Source: a phage. Taken from it: a DNA stretch of 64,000 bases. Positions 61,091 to 64,000 of this stretch are shown here, piece by piece. A program made the position numbers and the translations under genes. Within the stretch, counting starts at the first letter, position 1; each line of letters opens with the position of its first letter. The stretch lies in NCBI GenBank assembly GCA_012813795.1, contig GCA_012813795.1_4087.1. The stretch is one strand, 5' to 3'. The notes below the pieces were generated by a model. The model searched no databases and had not been told where the DNA came from. It saw only the letters and a list, made by a program, of their open reading frames with translations.

Positions 61091-64000
61091 ATGTACTCGA
61101 TAAAAACAGATCTAGCAGTAACTGGTAATACTAATGTTGGTAAAGAATTATCAGTTAAAGGTAATGCGGTCTTCGATAAAAACGTAACCATTAAGGGGAC
61201 CGTTAGTTTCGCTGATGCTACCTTCACTGCAATTACAGTAGATCAAGCAACAATCAACACAACACTCGATGTTACAGGCAAAGCGTCACTGAAGGGTGGA
61301 ATGGATGTACTTGGTAATACAGTTATTGGTAATACTACTGCTGGTTCCGATACAGCAACTATTAATTCCAATGCTACTTTTAATGGCACTTCTACTTTTG
61401 CCAAAGATATTACACAAACATCAGGAAAAGCAATTTTTCAAGATACCACCACTTCTGCATTAGAAGTTAATGGTACAACAACATTAAATGGTAACCTCAC
61501 TGCTGCGGCAGCAACCACTGCAAGCTTTGATAAATTAACAGCTAATGAAGCAACCATTGCAACTGTATCAGCAACTGATATTACTGCAACTGGTGCAACC
61601 GTTGAGAATCTAACTGTAACTGGTAAATTAGATGGTGATTTCACACTAGGTGATGTAAACACTGACAATTTAGTTGTTAATAAATTATCAACACTAAAAG
61701 GTGCAGTAACTCTAGAATCAAACATCATTGGTACTAATTCCGTAGCCAACCTTAAAGCTGTATCTTTAGGTTCTAACGCTGCGGATACAACTACCCGTGT
61801 TGGTTTTGCATATACAGCACCAGGTCTACGCCCAACTGTAATTCTACAAAACGAAGTGCAGTCCGAGTTAATGACCCCAGCAAATCTAACAGTACTTAAA
61901 ACTGCTACATTTGGTGATGTATCAGCAGCAACCAATGGTATTACCGCAAAAGGCTTGAACTTATTTGATTACCTAACTCTTTCTGGTAACTCAATTCAAG
62001 ATCCAAATACACCTATTCTACGTGTAACTAAAGGTAAAACACAATTAACTGACCTACAAGTTGATGGAACTACTAATATTACTGGTAAAACTACTGTTGG
62101 TGATTTGGATATTACTGGAACACTATCAGGTAACTTTGTACTAAGTGATATTACTGCGGATAATTTAGTTGTTGAAAAACTAACTACACTAAAAGGTGCA
62201 TTAAACCTAGAATCTAATATTGTTGGTTCAACTGCGAATGCTAATTTAAAATCTGTCACTTTAGGTGGAAACGTAGCAGACACGAATGCTAAAGTTAACT
62301 TTACATATACTGCTCCTGGTTTACGTCCAACTGTAATTCTACAAAACGAAGTACAGTCCGAATTAATGACCCCAGCAAATCTAACAGTACTTAAAACTGC
62401 TACATTTGGTGATGTATCTGCATCTACCTACGGTATTACAGCAAAAGGTTTGAACCTATTTGATTATTTGAAAATAACTGGTAATGCGGTACAAGATCCG
62501 AATACCTTAACTCTCGATGTTGGTGGTAAAGCACAATTCAAAGACGTTAATTTCACTGGTACAGTTACTGGTTTTGTTCCAGACATTTCTGGTCAAGATA
62601 TTACACCTAAAGATGTTATTGCTTCTGGTAATATTAGTGGTGTTAATCTAGATGCTTCTGGTACACTAACAGTTGGTGGGGATTCCGTTCTAAAAGGCAC
62701 AACTATAACTGATTTGACTGTTACTGGAACTACAACTGGTATTACACTAGCTGGTCAAGACATTACTCCTAAAGATGTAACTGCATCTGGTAATGTTAAA
62801 GGTGTTGACGTAACTGCATCTGGAAACCTAAAAGTTAACGGTACTACCACATTGGCTGGTAACACGGTAGTTGATGGTTTATTTGAAGTTGTTGGTCAAA
62901 CAACCACTGTTAAAGATTTAAACGTTACTGGTACACTATCTGGTGCTGCAATTAAAGCAAACGTTGATGGTCTAGACATTCTACCTAATTCTGTAACCAC
63001 AACTGAAGAAGTTGCAGTGGGGACTAATCTAAGTGTTGGTGGAAACGCACTCTTTAGTGGCTTGAAAGTTGAAGTTACTGGTAAAGTTACTGGTGTTGGT
63101 TCTGATGCATTAGAAACTGGTTCAATTGAATCTGACGGTACTATCACTGCCCCAAATATCACAGCAACTACTAAAGTGACCGCAGCTTCCGCACAAATTA
63201 CCGGAACCGGAACTGGTCTAAGTGTAGATCATAATGCATCAGTTGGTGGTGATTTGAATGTTACTGGAACTTTAACTGCTGGCGTTATTGACCTACACGA
63301 TGCAGAAGTAACTGTTAAAAAACTTAATGTATCTGAAAGTGCACATGTTGGTGGTGACCTAACAGTTGACGGTACAGTTGACCTAAGTGCAGCTATTGTA
63401 ACTGTTAAATCTCTAACTAGTACTGGTCCAGTAATTAGTAAGGATACTACTGGAACTAACATTTTACCAAAATTACAAAGTACTGATATTACTACAACTA
63501 ACAGTACAACTGGTACAGCAACAGTAACTACAGCAAATATTTCTACATTAAATGTTACTGGTGAAAGTACATTGGCTGCTGTTTCTGCTGTTTCTGTTAC
63601 CACTCCTACTATTGTGAATACCGATGGTATTAATTTAGAAAATGACACAATTGCACATGGTAACCTAACTGTTAAAGGTACATTTACCCCTGAAGGTGGA
63701 TTAGATTTAAGCCCAGTTGATATCAGTTCTAAATCATTAACAACAACTGAAGGTGCAACCATTGGTGGAAGCTTAACTGTTGATGGTGCAATTAATGCTG
63801 CTGCGGCAGATCTAACTGTTAAATCACTAACATCTTCTGGTGTTATCACTGTTACTGAAAATACTGAACCAAGTATTCTACCAAAACTAACAAGTACTGA
63901 AGCAACCGCTGGTAAATTGAATGTTACTGGTGATGCAACAGTCGGTGGTAAAGCGACCGTTTCTGGTGCACTTGAAGTTACTGGTGCTTCAACATTTGGT
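61091..64000 (+). CDS. long repetitive tail fiber protein, 3' end beyond the window
   Basis: frame open from the ATG at 61091 (GGAGGG RBS) to the window edge; TG-rich repeats; about 500-bp tandem duplication; absent from the ORF track because no stop is reached. Confidence 0.75.
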   Translation, partial: MYSIKTDLAVTGNTNVGKELSVKGNAVFDKNVTIKGTVSFADATFTAITVDQATINTTLDVTGKASLKGGMDVLGNTVIGNTTAGSDTATINSNATFNGTSTFAKDITQTSGKAIFQDTTTSALEVNGTTTLNGNLTAAAATTASFDKLTANEATIATVSATDITATGATVENLTVTGKLDGDFTLGDVNTDNLVVNKLSTLKGAVTLESNIIGTNSVANLKAVSLGSNAADTTTRVGFAYTAPGLRPTVILQNEVQSELMTPANLTVLKTATFGDVSAATNGITAKGLNLFDYLTLSGNSIQDPNTPILRVTKGKTQLTDLQVDGTTNITGKTTVGDLDITGTLSGNFVLSDITADNLVVEKLTTLKGALNLESNIVGSTANANLKSVTLGGNVADTNAKVNFTYTAPGLRPTVILQNEVQSELMTPANLTVLKTATFGDVSASTYGITAKGLNLFDYLKITGNAVQDPNTLTLDVGGKAQFKDVNFTGTVTGFVPDISGQDITPKDVIASGNISGVNLDASGTLTVGGDSVLKGTTITDLTVTGTTTGITLAGQDITPKDVTASGNVKGVDVTASGNLKVNGTTTLAGNTVVDGLFEVVGQTTTVKDLNVTGTLSGAAIKANVDGLDILPNSVTTTEEVAVGTNLSVGGNALFSGLKVEVTGKVTGVGSDALETGSIESDGTITAPNITATTKVTAASAQITGTGTGLSVDHNASVGGDLNVTGTLTAGVIDLHDAEVTVKKLNVSESAHVGGDLTVDGTVDLSAAIVTVKSLTSTGPVISKDTTGTNILPKLQSTDITTTNSTTGTATVTTANISTLNVTGESTLAAVSAVSVTTPTIVNTDGINLENDTIAHGNLTVKGTFTPEGGLDLSPVDISSKSLTTTEGATIGGSLTVDGAINAAAADLTVKSLTSSGVITVTENTEPSILPKLTSTEATAGKLNVTGDATVGGKATVSGALEVTGASTFG
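61600..62592 (+). repeat. tandem duplication (period about 496 bp) inside the long fiber gene
   Basis: near-identical about 140-bp cores at 61832-61972 and 62328-62467. Confidence 0.8.

Noticed and set aside
61438-63849. Minus-strand ORFs 61438..61935, 61996..62283, 62896..63162 and 63229..63849
   Set aside because: They lie antisense to the long repetitive plus-strand fiber frame, which has an RBS, coherent codon usage and repeat structure; they are frame artefacts

Overview
This 64 kb window reads as part of an AT-rich T4-like contractile-tailed phage (myovirus) genome with gene order rearranged relative to T4. All calls are from reading the sequence and from remembered T4 protein sequences and motifs; no database search was run. 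Supported content: a terminase large subunit (runs off the left edge; its frame breaks at the Walker A motif), RNase H, a GroES-like co-chaperonin, sliding clamp and family-B DNA polymerase, a tail fiber with HxH motifs, a small homing-endonuclease-like island, the head morphogenesis block (major capsid protein, scaffold, prohead protease, core proteins, portal, tape-measure-like protein), gp46/gp47 recombination nuclease and a gp55-like late sigma factor, a baseplate block (gp53-like, hub, gp5-like spike with lysozyme, free lysozyme, gp25, gp6-like, and a 3335-aa giant protein), an opposite-strand ClpA-type AAA+ unfoldase, a Nudix hydrolase, and a fiber cluster with collagen-like and tandem repeats running off the right edge. 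Regulatory signals include NATAAATA-type late-promoter motifs and palindromic rho-independent terminators. The most unusual items are the phage-encoded ClpA homolog, the giant baseplate-module protein, two frame discontinuities (terminase; a T_TTT_TTC slippery heptamer in gene 23401..24288), and a ~0.85 kb hairpin-rich region with no long ORF. No rRNA, tRNA or CRISPR array was recognised by eye.
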